Of a DNA stretch of 64,000 nt, positions 25,281-34,275 are shown piece after piece. The stretch covers positions 448,001-512,000 of the forward strand of contig CAXXMR010000009.1 in the NCBI GenBank assembly GCA_963663805.2, in the 5' to 3' direction. A model generated the notes under the pieces. That model was not told the origin of the DNA. It saw nothing but the letters and a program-made list of their open reading frames with translations, and searched no databases. The DNA comes from Sedimentisphaerales bacterium. Lineage in GTDB: Bacteria; Planctomycetota; Phycisphaerae; Sedimentisphaerales; SM23-30. Every line of letters begins with the position of its first letter. Position 1 is the stretch's first letter. Both the position numbers and the translations under genes were made by a program.

Positions 25281-25325
25281 AATTTGTCGCAAAATTTAAT
25301 CTAAGGGCAACTCCTTGCCGCTAAA

Positions 25326-25952
25326 CTAATTAAGCAGTTCCTTAGCAATGTCTACCGCGCTGGCAGCATCAGCGGCATAGCCGTTGGCGCCAATTTTATC
25401 GCAGTATTCCTGAGTCACAGGCGCGCCGCCAATCATGATTTTCGTAACAACGCCGGCCTCCTTAAAAGCCGCCACGGTTTTTTCCATCATGGGCATGGTC
25501 GTGGTCAATAGTGCTGAAAGGCCGACCACCTGGGCTTTATTAGTTTTGGCGGCATCAATGAATTTTTCCGGGTTAGCGTCGGTGCCAATGTCAATCACAT
25601 TGAAACCGGCACCCTTGAGCATCATTGCCACCAGGTTCTTGCCGATGTCATGCAAATCGCCCTGGACCGTGCCGATGACAACTGTACCCAGAGGCTCAAC
25701 GCCAGCTTCCACCAGCTTCGGCTCCAGAATTTCCATCGCCATCTTCATCGCGCGGGCAGCGATAAGTACTTCAGGTACATAAACTTCGTTCTTCTTGAAC
25801 GCCGCGCCAATAACATTCATGCCCGCGATAAGGCCGTTATTGAGAACCTCTTCCGGGTTCATCCCTTCATCCAGAGCCTTGGAGGTAATCTCCTTGGCCG
25901 TGTTCTGGTCACCCTTGATGACCGCATTTTTTAGTGCTTCCAAGTCCGCCAT
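25326..25952 (-). CDS. Cobalamin-binding corrinoid protein (methyltransferase cognate, MtaC/MttC-like)
   Basis: GDLHDIGKNLV and GLSALLTTT motifs, GGAP, N-terminal cap domain with EVYVPEV. Confidence 0.93.
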   Translation of the reverse strand: MADLEALKNAVIKGDQNTAKEITSKALDEGMNPEEVLNNGLIAGMNVIGAAFKKNEVYVPEVLIAARAMKMAMEILEPKLVEAGVEPLGTVVIGTVQGDLHDIGKNLVAMMLKGAGFNVIDIGTDANPEKFIDAAKTNKAQVVGLSALLTTTMPMMEKTVAAFKEAGVVTKIMIGGAPVTQEYCDKIGANGYAADAASAVDIAKELLN

Positions 25953-26219
25953 TTGCAAATCCTCATATAGCTGGCAACAGTTATTGAAGTATGGCTGAGC
26001 CAGCTATATCAGCCTACCACTAACTGTAAACAGGAGACCTCGCAATTTCCTGTTAAAAACGCTAAAAGTATAAATAGCATACTATCAAATCACTGACAAG
26101 TATTTTATTAAAAAATCAGCCTTTTGTAAACTATTTTTAATTAAGCAGTTAGCGGATTTGTAATATTTATGCTAAATGGCAGATATGTGTCATCAATTTA
26201 GCTGATAAGTGTAATTGTA

Positions 26220-27551
26220 TTAGTCGAAATCATGCAAATAAACCAGGTCGCGAAAATTCTTAACAGTGTGGAAAGTTACGATATTGCCGTCGTGGGCGCT
26301 CTTGGCCTGCTCGTCACCGGAGCGGCTGAGTACGTGAATATCATCACCATCGATAATCATGCTCGCATAATGACGAGAGGCCTGTTCAACCGGACCGACA
26401 GCAACCAGGCCAGCGAAGCACCAATCCACCATATTTTTGGAAAAATGCAGTTGGAGACGACGGCGTTCGTTGTTGGGCAGATTATAGCGGTTCGAAGGCA
26501 GCTTTTCGGCGCGAGTCATGCTGTCGGTGGCCTGAGTACTCAGCAGCCAATATAGTTTAGTTGGTTCATCATATAATAGGTGGAAACGCATCTGACCGCC
26601 CGGCATGGGTAGAAACGCCATTTTTTTGCCAGAAGGCACGGTTTCGAGCATGGTTTTCATGGTTCCGTCGGTCATTTCGACGACCTTGGCCATGCACGCG
26701 TAGCCGGTTCCGCCGGTATGGGCCCGCATGAACATGTGTAATGTTCTGCCAGCGGGGTCGTACCAGTAATGGTCGGGGTCCATAATCTGGACAATATTTG
26801 TTTCCAGCCAGCCTATGGCTGAACAGCCGCGGCCGGGGTAGATATTCTGGCTTTCAGGGTAGAATACGTTGAAGAACGGTACACCGAAGAATTCCAGGTC
26901 TTTGTCCTTTACAGCGTCACAGAAGGCTAATTCTGAGGCAAAAGTCCAGTTTTCTCGTTTGGTCAAATCACCATTAACGTTAGCCCGCATGGTAACTGGG
27001 GCCAATTCGCTGACCTTCCAGCCTTTTTTCATGTCCTGCTCGGTACGACGTTCGAGTACGAGATAGACGTAATCGCCTTTGTACCAGACGTTCATGGCCG
27101 AGCCGTGCCAGGTTTGCCCCTGAGTGAGTTTGACGGTTTCTCCCCAGGTTTCGCCCCAGTCGTCCGAAGGCATAATTACAACATCGCCCTGATGGCCCAG
27201 GAAATAAAGCCGTTCGCCAGCGACAAAACAACGGAAGTGCGTCATACTAAAGTTTTTACGATAAATAAAAGTTTGGCCGTGGTCGTCGGAAGTGTAGACG
27301 AAAGACTTGCCGGAGCCTTTCTCAGCCTTGACTGTCCCTGCTTTTTTGCCGCCCAAACCGAAGGATGCTATGATTCGGCCGTTGGGGCAGAGGCAGAGGC
27401 CGGGGTCGTAACAATATATGTTCTGTGGGTCGGACGTTCGATAGAGTACTTTGCAGTCATTGGCCAGGGGGGTGATTTTGGGTTGGGCAAAAGAGGTGTT
27501 TGCTAAGATGCCCAAAGATAAAGCTAGTGTCAGTAATGATTTAATTCGCAT
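26220..27551 (-). CDS. Secreted BNR/Asp-box sialidase-like beta-propeller hydrolase
   Basis: Signal peptide; Asp-boxes SDDHGQTF, SDDWGETW, SKNMVDW. Confidence 0.75.
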   Translation of the reverse strand: MRIKSLLTLALSLGILANTSFAQPKITPLANDCKVLYRTSDPQNIYCYDPGLCLCPNGRIIASFGLGGKKAGTVKAEKGSGKSFVYTSDDHGQTFIYRKNFSMTHFRCFVAGERLYFLGHQGDVVIMPSDDWGETWGETVKLTQGQTWHGSAMNVWYKGDYVYLVLERRTEQDMKKGWKVSELAPVTMRANVNGDLTKRENWTFASELAFCDAVKDKDLEFFGVPFFNVFYPESQNIYPGRGCSAIGWLETNIVQIMDPDHYWYDPAGRTLHMFMRAHTGGTGYACMAKVVEMTDGTMKTMLETVPSGKKMAFLPMPGGQMRFHLLYDEPTKLYWLLSTQATDSMTRAEKLPSNRYNLPNNERRRLQLHFSKNMVDWCFAGLVAVGPVEQASRHYASMIIDGDDIHVLSRSGDEQAKSAHDGNIVTFHTVKNFRDLVYLHDFD

Positions 27552-28156
27552 TGTGTGCCTCCAGTTAAAAACAGAAATTTCACTAACATGTTACGACTGC
27601 TGAGTATTGTAGCAGGATAGTAAACGATTGCAATAATTTTTGTGTGCTTAAATTGAAAATTTTGGATGACTTGGGGGGAATTGTGGTTTGTAAGTGCTTG
27701 TTTTGTGTGGGAGTGATGGTTGTAAGTGCTTATTTTTGTGAGCGCTAAGGTTACTTTGGGGACGCGAGTGCGGCTTAAAACTGGTTTTTCGGGTGGGGGG
27801 GTCTCCTTAATGCGCAATTTGAAAGGGGCCAAATCAGCGCGATTGGGGATTTTTTGGGGGGTAAAAAGAGTATTTGGGGCAGGGAGGGGGTGAGTTTGGG
27901 TGTGAATATGCCTGTTTGGGGCATTATTGCGCGGGCAAAGTTGTGTTTGCGGTGGGGGTTTTCGGCGCGGTTTGGACTGAAGTGACCGGTTTTTGACGAT
28001 TTTTTCTGGGAAATACCAGGTTTTTGTTGGGTTTTATGGACAGAGTGGACAAAACTGGACAGGCTGGACTATCGGGGCGGATTTTTGTGGTTTATTCAGG
28101 CGCTGGCGTTTTGGGCTACTGTTGGTGGTTGGGTTAGGTATGATGGTTGGTGGTTT

Positions 28157-28231
28157 TATTCGGTCGCTTACGCGGCTCGGTTCCTGTTGTTGGTGGTCGT
28201 ATCCGGCTGCTTACGCAGCTCGATTCCTGTT
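28157..28231. repeat. Two tandem 32-bp REP-like palindromes (28157-28188, 28200-28231)
   Basis: tattcggtcgcttacgcggctcggttcctgtt and tatccggctgcttacgcagctcgattcctgtt. Confidence 0.8.
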
Positions 28232-28369
28232 TGGGCAACACGCCCAAGAGGCACGAGGCAAGAGTTTTACGGCAACGGCAAAGAATTTTAGGTGGGATGA
28301 CAGGATTTTTTGAGTTAACGACTGGCAGCGACGGCGGAATAGATTGACGGCTGGACGGCGGGTAATGTT

Positions 28370-28398
28370 TTGACATGGCGGGGTGGATGTGGTATTGT
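28370..28398 (+). promoter_or_regulatory. Putative sigma70 promoter of the GLUG-repeat gene
   Basis: TTGACA-N17-TATTGT with extended -10 TGn. Confidence 0.55.
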
Positions 28399-28475
28399 AT
28401 TAACATCCATAGGGGGTTTCGCCCTTTTTCGGATTTTTTGTTGGCAATGGTCGATTGGCTGGAAAGGGATGTATT

Positions 28476-31379
28476 GTGCGTAAGGGAGTTCTTTTAAGTT
28501 TGATTATCTTGTGGGCGGGTGCGTCCTGGGGCTGGGGTTTTGATGGTGATATGGGGGTTGATACTGAGCCGCTTACGGATGGGTCGGCGGATTATCCTTG
28601 GTTGATTGAGGATATTTCTGATTTTGATGAGTTTGCGGGTGACCCGGTGTATTGGGGGGCGGGGGTTTGTACCCGGCTGGAATGTAATATTGATCTGGCG
28701 GGGCGGGTTTATGACGGGGCGGTGATCGGGTCCTATGTTAATAAGTTTTACGGTGTTTTTGATGGCAATGATCATGTTGTTGCCAATATGTGTATTGGGA
28801 CGGTTGATGAGGATTTGTACGGCGGTGGTCTGTTTTACGATATAGTAAATGAGGCTGAGGTTAGGGGATTGGGGGTGGTGAATATAAATATTATGGGGAA
28901 TAATTTACATATTTGTGGTGGTTTATGCGCAAATAGTAGTGGTAAAATAGTCAATTGTTATACGACAGGTTTTATCATTGGAATCAGTCGTTTGGACATA
29001 GTAGGAGGGTTATGCAGTTATTGTGAAGGTGTTTGTATGAACTGCTATTCAACGTGTGATGTTATAGGAGGAGATGGATGCCGGAGTGTGGGTGGACTTT
29101 GTGGTGAGGCTCGCGAAGGAGTACCCGACAGTGGTACTTTTACGGAATGCTATACCGATGGTTTAGTTGAGTGCGGGAAGAATTCTTTAGAAATAGGCGG
29201 ATTGTGTGGTGTTGTTGACATGTGTGGTGATTTTCTGATCGTTTTCGCGGATTGCTATTCGACTTCAACAGTTAGTGCCGGAGCGGGATCAAGAGGAATT
29301 GGAGGTTTATGTGGATGGAATTGGTGTGGCACTATCACGGATTGTTATATGGCTGGTACGGTGAGCGCAACAAGTGATAGTGACGGCGGTGTTACTGAGC
29401 GAATAGGTGGTTTATGCGGGCATAATCACGGCGGTACTATTGAATATTGTCATATGGCAGGTATGGTTAGTGTGACAAATAATGGTGAGAGATCTGTTGC
29501 GATAGGAGGCTTGTGCGGCTATAATGATGTTGGCCGGATTATACATTGTCATGCCGCAGGTACGGTTAGTGTAGATGGCGAAGAAGCATCTTATGCGGTA
29601 GGTGGTTTATGTGGGGGTAATGAAAATTCAGAGATTTTATATTGTGGTTCAACCGCATCAGTTAATTGCGGTAATGGGGGGTGGAGGATTGGTGGTTTGT
29701 GTGGTTGGAGTTATTCTTCAAGTATTACGGAGTCATTCGCGAAGAGTAGTATAACGGTGTCAGATATTATGAGTCTTTGGGTTGGTGGTATTTGTGGTGA
29801 TGCAAACTGTAGCGAGATTCGTAATTGTTATTCTGATTCAATTTTTTATGTTGATATAGCATGTGGTGTAGGTGGTATTTGTGGTAATTTTGATGGTGGA
29901 GTTTTAGAGAATTGTTATTCGGCGGGTATTGAGATATATGAGGAACCTGATTCAAATGTTATGTATACAGCGTATCCGTCGGTGGAGGGTACCAATTGTT
30001 TTTGGGATGTTGGTATTGATGGTGAGGTGATTGAGAGCGGCGGTTCCTGGGGGCTTCCTACAGATCAGATGCAGATGAAGATTACTTATGTAGACGCTGG
30101 TTGGGATTTTACGGATGTTGACGGTGATCCGGCGAAGTGGGTTCTGAGGGAGGGTGGTTTTCCGCGGCTGAACTGGGAAGATGTAGAATTGTCGCCTAAG
30201 TATTCCGGCGGGTATGGTACGGCTGATTCGCCTTATCAGATTGCGACGAAACAGGATTTGCTGGATATGGCGGCGAATGTCGAAGATTATGGCCAACGTT
30301 TTGTGTTGACGGCTGACATTGATTTGGCGGGTGAGGTGTTCAGTACGGCCGTGATTGCGGCTGATACTGATAATACTAATGATGATGAAGATTTTGATGG
30401 TTATGAATTTAAGGGGGTGTTTGACGGGGGCGGTTATGCTATACGTAATCTTACGATCGATACCGGCGGGGCAGGTAATGATTTTCTGGGATTGTTTGGA
30501 AAGCTGGGTGGGCGATATGTAAAACTACTTAATCTCAGAGTGATAGATGGCAATATCAGCAGTGGTGACTATTGCTTTGGGGTGGGTTTGTTGTTTGGCA
30601 GTTATGGTGAATGGTACACTGGTTATTCTGAATACCGAGATAAGTTGATAGAAAATTGTTTTTCTTCAGGTGGTATTGTCTGTCGTGATTGGGCTTTCGG
30701 TGTTGGGGGGGTAGGCGGTTATTGCAGGAATGATGAAATGCCGATCTTAATTACAATTAGTAATTGTGGTTCATCCTGTTCGGTAATTGTAGGTGAAAAT
30801 TCTGATAGCTCCGGAGGGATTTTGGGATTTGGTGAAGGGTTTAACATTAGTAGCTGCTATGCTGTTGGTTCGGTAACTTCAGGGTATGGTTCAGATTACA
30901 CTGGTGGATTGTGTGGAGAATGCGGGTTAAGTTCGATTGGGAATTGTTATGCAAGCGGTCTGGTGTCTGGAGGAGATGAGGTTGGGGGTTTGGCAGGGTT
31001 TGCTGGTGATTGTCATAATTGTTTCTGGGATGTGGAGAGTAGTGGTATTGCTGATCCTGAGGCTGGTGGAGCTGATAGTGACGGGATGGTTGGTTTGAGT
31101 ACCGCTCAGATGCAGGTTGAGGGTACGTTTACCGCTGCTGGCTGGGATTTTAATGCTGAGGGTGAGAACGGTTTGGATGATATATGGCATATGCCTTATG
31201 GCGGTTCTGGTTATCCTCGGCTGTGGTTTGAGCGTGATATTCCGGGTGATTTTGTGGGTGGCTATGGGGTTGATATTGAAGATTTGGCTGGGGTGGCGGC
31301 AGGTTGGGGTGATGTTTATGGGATGGCTGATTTGGTTGTGATAGCGGAGTATTGGCTTGAGGGGTGCGTATCGCACTGA
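28476..31379 (+). CDS. Secreted GLUG-motif repeat protein with C-terminal dockerin-like segment
   Basis: Signal peptide from GTG 28476 (GAAAGGGA RBS). Many xGGLCG repeats, two G(S/T)AD-P(W/Y)-I...IDLAG...GVFDG modules, CFWD...QMQ...GWDF, terminal DIPGDFVGGYGVDIEDL...YWL. Confidence 0.85.
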   Translation: MRKGVLLSLIILWAGASWGWGFDGDMGVDTEPLTDGSADYPWLIEDISDFDEFAGDPVYWGAGVCTRLECNIDLAGRVYDGAVIGSYVNKFYGVFDGNDHVVANMCIGTVDEDLYGGGLFYDIVNEAEVRGLGVVNINIMGNNLHICGGLCANSSGKIVNCYTTGFIIGISRLDIVGGLCSYCEGVCMNCYSTCDVIGGDGCRSVGGLCGEAREGVPDSGTFTECYTDGLVECGKNSLEIGGLCGVVDMCGDFLIVFADCYSTSTVSAGAGSRGIGGLCGWNWCGTITDCYMAGTVSATSDSDGGVTERIGGLCGHNHGGTIEYCHMAGMVSVTNNGERSVAIGGLCGYNDVGRIIHCHAAGTVSVDGEEASYAVGGLCGGNENSEILYCGSTASVNCGNGGWRIGGLCGWSYSSSITESFAKSSITVSDIMSLWVGGICGDANCSEIRNCYSDSIFYVDIACGVGGICGNFDGGVLENCYSAGIEIYEEPDSNVMYTAYPSVEGTNCFWDVGIDGEVIESGGSWGLPTDQMQMKITYVDAGWDFTDVDGDPAKWVLREGGFPRLNWEDVELSPKYSGGYGTADSPYQIATKQDLLDMAANVEDYGQRFVLTADIDLAGEVFSTAVIAADTDNTNDDEDFDGYEFKGVFDGGGYAIRNLTIDTGGAGNDFLGLFGKLGGRYVKLLNLRVIDGNISSGDYCFGVGLLFGSYGEWYTGYSEYRDKLIENCFSSGGIVCRDWAFGVGGVGGYCRNDEMPILITISNCGSSCSVIVGENSDSSGGILGFGEGFNISSCYAVGSVTSGYGSDYTGGLCGECGLSSIGNCYASGLVSGGDEVGGLAGFAGDCHNCFWDVESSGIADPEAGGADSDGMVGLSTAQMQVEGTFTAAGWDFNAEGENGLDDIWHMPYGGSGYPRLWFERDIPGDFVGGYGVDIEDLAGVAAGWGDVYGMADLVVIAEYWLEGCVSH

Positions 31380-31446
31380 TAGATCGCCGCGGGCGTTTGT
31401 CGTATGGGGCGCTTCCGTTGGTCGCTTATGTGGTTGGCAATTATGT

Positions 31447-31478
31447 TATCCGGCTGCTTACGCGGGGCGGTTCCTGTT
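31447..31478. repeat. Third 32-bp REP-like palindrome, downstream of the GLUG gene
   Basis: tatccggctgcttacgcggggcggttcctgtt, same orientation as the 28157 and 28200 copies. Confidence 0.8.
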
Positions 31479-31880
31479 GGGGGCTGGGACTGAAAAAGAG
31501 ATTTTTAATAAGAAGGCATGAGGTTTAAGGCATGAGGCAGAAGTGAACGGCTAGGTTTCGACCTGCGGTCGAGGGTTTTTATTTTCAAATATTATTAGCA
31601 TCGAAAGGGTAGAATTCTGTTTTGTGGAAGTATAAATGGGAAATGTGGGTGTAATGTCTCCAAAGATAATGAACAATTTCTTGGACTCTGTAGCATCTTT
31701 ACCGGCAACATAGCATTCCAGTCCTTTCTTCATGAAGTGTTGTTATAGTTCGTAAACGGCCTTGGGACTGCTCGTCACGCTGCATATCAATAGCCACCCG
31801 CTGGCTGATATTGGGTTGAGTTCGCACTCGATAGACACTCTTCTGCATTTTTCGATGGCGGCGACAGCCCCGTTCAACCG

Positions 31881-32211
31881 CGACGCCTGCCAGGGAAAAC
31901 CGTTCTTGGCCGCCTGCACAATCTCGCGGGCGGCGTCACTGTCGGCGCTGATCTTGGCCTCGTACTGTCAGCTTGTCACCCTCAATAGAGGCCAGGCCGT
32001 GGCCCACCACGCCGTTGCGACGGCTCTCGTGATCGGCCAGTACCGCCACCGGCCCGGCCTCCAAGCCCCCTAAATCAATGCACAACTGGCCATAACCGGG
32101 CACGTCCATGAAGCCCCCGGTATAAGCCAAAATCTCCACCGCCGGAATTTTCCGGCTCGCCTCGAACCCCGGCACCTGAACCTCCCCGTGGAGTTCCAGG
32201 GTGCCGGGCAT
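31881..32211 (-). pseudogene. Truncated phage prohead (capsid maturation) protease-like gene
   Basis: ILAYTGG...IDLGGL...LADH...VVGH; after a 1-nt shift at ~31957 reads KISADSDAAREIVQAAKNGFPWQAS, then the resemblance ends. Confidence 0.6.
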
Positions 32212-32228
32212 GGTTTCGAGGGTGGTTG

Positions 32229-32783
32229 TTATCCCTCCTCCTGAGGGTCGAGAGAGACATCGGCGGGGAAGAATTTCACCCAGCCATAGTCGGTGGCGGC
32301 GTTTTCCGCCGGTTCGATTACCGTCGTCAGGCCCAGAATATCAAAGCTCATACTGAAGCCCAGCCCGTATTTGGCCGCTGCCACCCGGTAAGCCTTGACC
32401 GCCTGTCCGAACCGCAGATTGCCCACAAAGCAGAAATGTGTCCAGGAATTCCACTCGCGCTTCGCAAAGAGGTGCTCGGCGGCGGCGTCGATATCCGCTT
32501 TTTCCCACATGTAGATGGACTGCGAACCGGCCATAAGTTCAGGCTTGACAATGCCTTCTGAAACCATACCAACCAGTTTTTCACCGTCGCAGGTCAGGCC
32601 GCGAAGTTTCAGTTCCGATACCGCGCCCTCGGTGTGCTTGGGATATTCCAGAGTCGAACCCTGCTTGTTGCCGTTGGGGGTAACCCTGTCGGCACCGGGC
32701 AGCAGGCCCATCAGGTGGTCAAAATCCTCACGAACCCAATAATGACGCTTGGCGGCCGCTTTTTCGTTATCCGTTAAATTCAT
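32229..32783 (-). CDS. Hypothetical protein of phage-like remnant
   Basis: 184 aa ORF with AAGGAG RBS, overlapping the upstream sigma gene. Confidence 0.7.
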   Translation of the reverse strand: MNLTDNEKAAAKRHYWVREDFDHLMGLLPGADRVTPNGNKQGSTLEYPKHTEGAVSELKLRGLTCDGEKLVGMVSEGIVKPELMAGSQSIYMWEKADIDAAAEHLFAKREWNSWTHFCFVGNLRFGQAVKAYRVAAAKYGLGFSMSFDILGLTTVIEPAENAATDYGWVKFFPADVSLDPQEEG

Positions 32784-33282
32784 AATAATACTCCTTGAGT
32801 GAGTTAATTTCTCGTTCCACTGTCCTCAAACTACAGCCCAGTTGCTGAGCCATTTCCTGGGTGTCATAACCCGCCATTCGCAGGTTACATACCTGCCGGG
32901 TACGTTCCGGCAGTTTTGCCAGAAACTCCTGCACCACTAACTCCTCGTCCGGGCTGCCTCGGGCACTGCTGCGGCTCTCGCAAAGCCTCATCTCCCGGCC
33001 CTCCTCGTCCGTTACCGGGGGCAAAGCCGATTCAGGCTTGGGTTGACGCGATTTTGAGAAATAGTCCCGGATAACATTTTTCCGGCGGTCACGCATCCGA
33101 TTCTTAGCCAGCCCCATGTCCTCGGTTTCCTTCCAAACCTGCCAGCCCGCCAGCAACAGATCCTGGGCGGCGTCCTCTCTCTGGTGGCAATCCCACTTAA
33201 GTCTTTTTCTGACAAGGAGTTTACGCACGAGCATCTTGGCATACGAGTCTAATTCCATGCCGATTTCATTTCGATCTGTCAT
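32767..33282 (-). CDS. ECF-type sigma-70 family factor (region 2 and region 4 HTH)
   Basis: REDAAQDLLL region 2-like segment; LPERTRQVCNLRMAGYDTQEMAQQLGCSLRTVER HTH. Confidence 0.8.
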   Translation of the reverse strand: MTDRNEIGMELDSYAKMLVRKLLVRKRLKWDCHQREDAAQDLLLAGWQVWKETEDMGLAKNRMRDRRKNVIRDYFSKSRQPKPESALPPVTDEEGREMRLCESRSSARGSPDEELVVQEFLAKLPERTRQVCNLRMAGYDTQEMAQQLGCSLRTVEREINSLKEYYYEFNG

Positions 33283-33502
33283 GACATCCTTTCATCTCTG
33301 AACAATAAAACCCGGGTCCCTATTGTACTAATCCACTTGAATGGGAGGAAACCGCCAAAAAAAATAAATTAATCTGTGCCCATATCATGCGGCAATTTAA
33401 TCCTGCTTACCCAAATAAATCCCAGAAACATTTTATGGTAGTAACATAAATATCTTTCTGCTATATTGCTAAAAATTATTAGCAACCTGATCTGGAGTTA
33501 GA

Positions 33503-34003
33503 ATGGATTACGTGAATAAAGCCATAGCAAAAATCGCTGATCGATATAATTTGCCTAAACCTTTGGATAGAAAACTTGGTGATTTTGCAAGAGATTTACA
33601 ATCTTTTGTTAGCAAAGAAAACATTCCTATTTCCAAAGTGTTCAGGGAGATCAGTGAAGAACTTGCTGGCCAGATAGTTGTTCCAATAGCAAAAAAAGAT
33701 ATGTTCAATGACGTTCCATTACCCCCTGGCCTTACAAAAGAGCATATTCGCAATGCTATGGACTACACAACTTCGATGATTGCTAATATTAACCATGACA
33801 TGTCCACAGGCATTGGCTCTCCTCTAGCGAGTTTTATACAAGTAAATAATTTTAGCGGAATCGTCAGTAATGTACTAACTGACGGTATGGATAAATACAG
33901 CACTTATAAACACAACCACGATCAGCGTTACCCTGACCTTAAGAATGCTAGCGGTGTTGGTCTTGAGATGAAAGCCGCCAACAAAGCAGGGAAAGGTGGG
34001 GAA
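33503..34003 (+). pseudogene. PD-(D/E)xK nuclease (type II restriction endonuclease-like), C-terminus removed at the IS3 junction
   Basis: Low GC; YPDL...GLEMKA motif; reading frame runs into the IS inverted repeat after GKGGE. Confidence 0.6.
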
Positions 34004-34009
34004 TGTATT

Positions 34010-34230
34010 GGTTCAGCGTGAATTGGACAAATGGGTTTCACGATTAACTCTTAAACTTGCCTTCGGCAAGAGGTTTTTAAAGGCATAAGAAGGCTCTGAA
34101 TTGTCTGTGGAACGCCTCACACCTGGGGCGGCAGGTGTATAACTGCCACCCCCACGACAATTCGTCGCCTTGGTCTGGCTATCCCTGGCAGGTTGCACCT
34201 CTGCAGAGCCTGCGTCCGTTTCGCCTACCA
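34010..34230 (-). ncRNA. Candidate structured ncRNA in the 3' tail of the IS3 element
   Basis: Nested inverted repeats (34091-34098/34204-34211; 34098-34110/34152-34163; 34124-34133/34143-34151; hairpin 34057-34071) downstream of a sigma70-like promoter. Confidence 0.5.
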
Positions 34231-34235
34231 ACGGT

Positions 34236-34264
34236 ATTGTCCGGGCGTTCCCAATCTCTGTCAA
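34236..34264 (-). promoter_or_regulatory. Internal sigma70-like promoter just downstream of IS3 orfB, pointing towards the right IR
   Basis: TTGACA (34264-34259)-N17-GACAAT (34241-34236). Confidence 0.6.
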
Positions 34265-34275
34265 GCGTCTTTTCA

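Noticed and set aside
25960..26100. Cobalamin riboswitch upstream of the corrinoid gene
   Set aside because: No B12-box or conserved core sequences recognisable.
25960..26220. Replication origin suggested by AT richness and divergent skew
   Set aside because: No DnaA-box cluster or dnaA/dnaN genes seen, and dif plus KOPS polarity indicate the terminus region.
28157..28231. Mini CRISPR array
   Set aside because: Only two adjacent degenerate 32-bp units separated by 11 bp, no spacer-length unique sequences and no cas genes.
27530..28406. Short ORFs in the G+T-rich intergenic region
   Set aside because: Low-complexity translations of skewed, repeat-containing DNA with no RBS or motif support.
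28476..31379. Diversity-generating retroelement acting on the GLUG gene
   Set aside because: No reverse transcriptase in the window and no TR/VR pair differing only at adenines was seen. The repeats are degenerate protein-level repeats.
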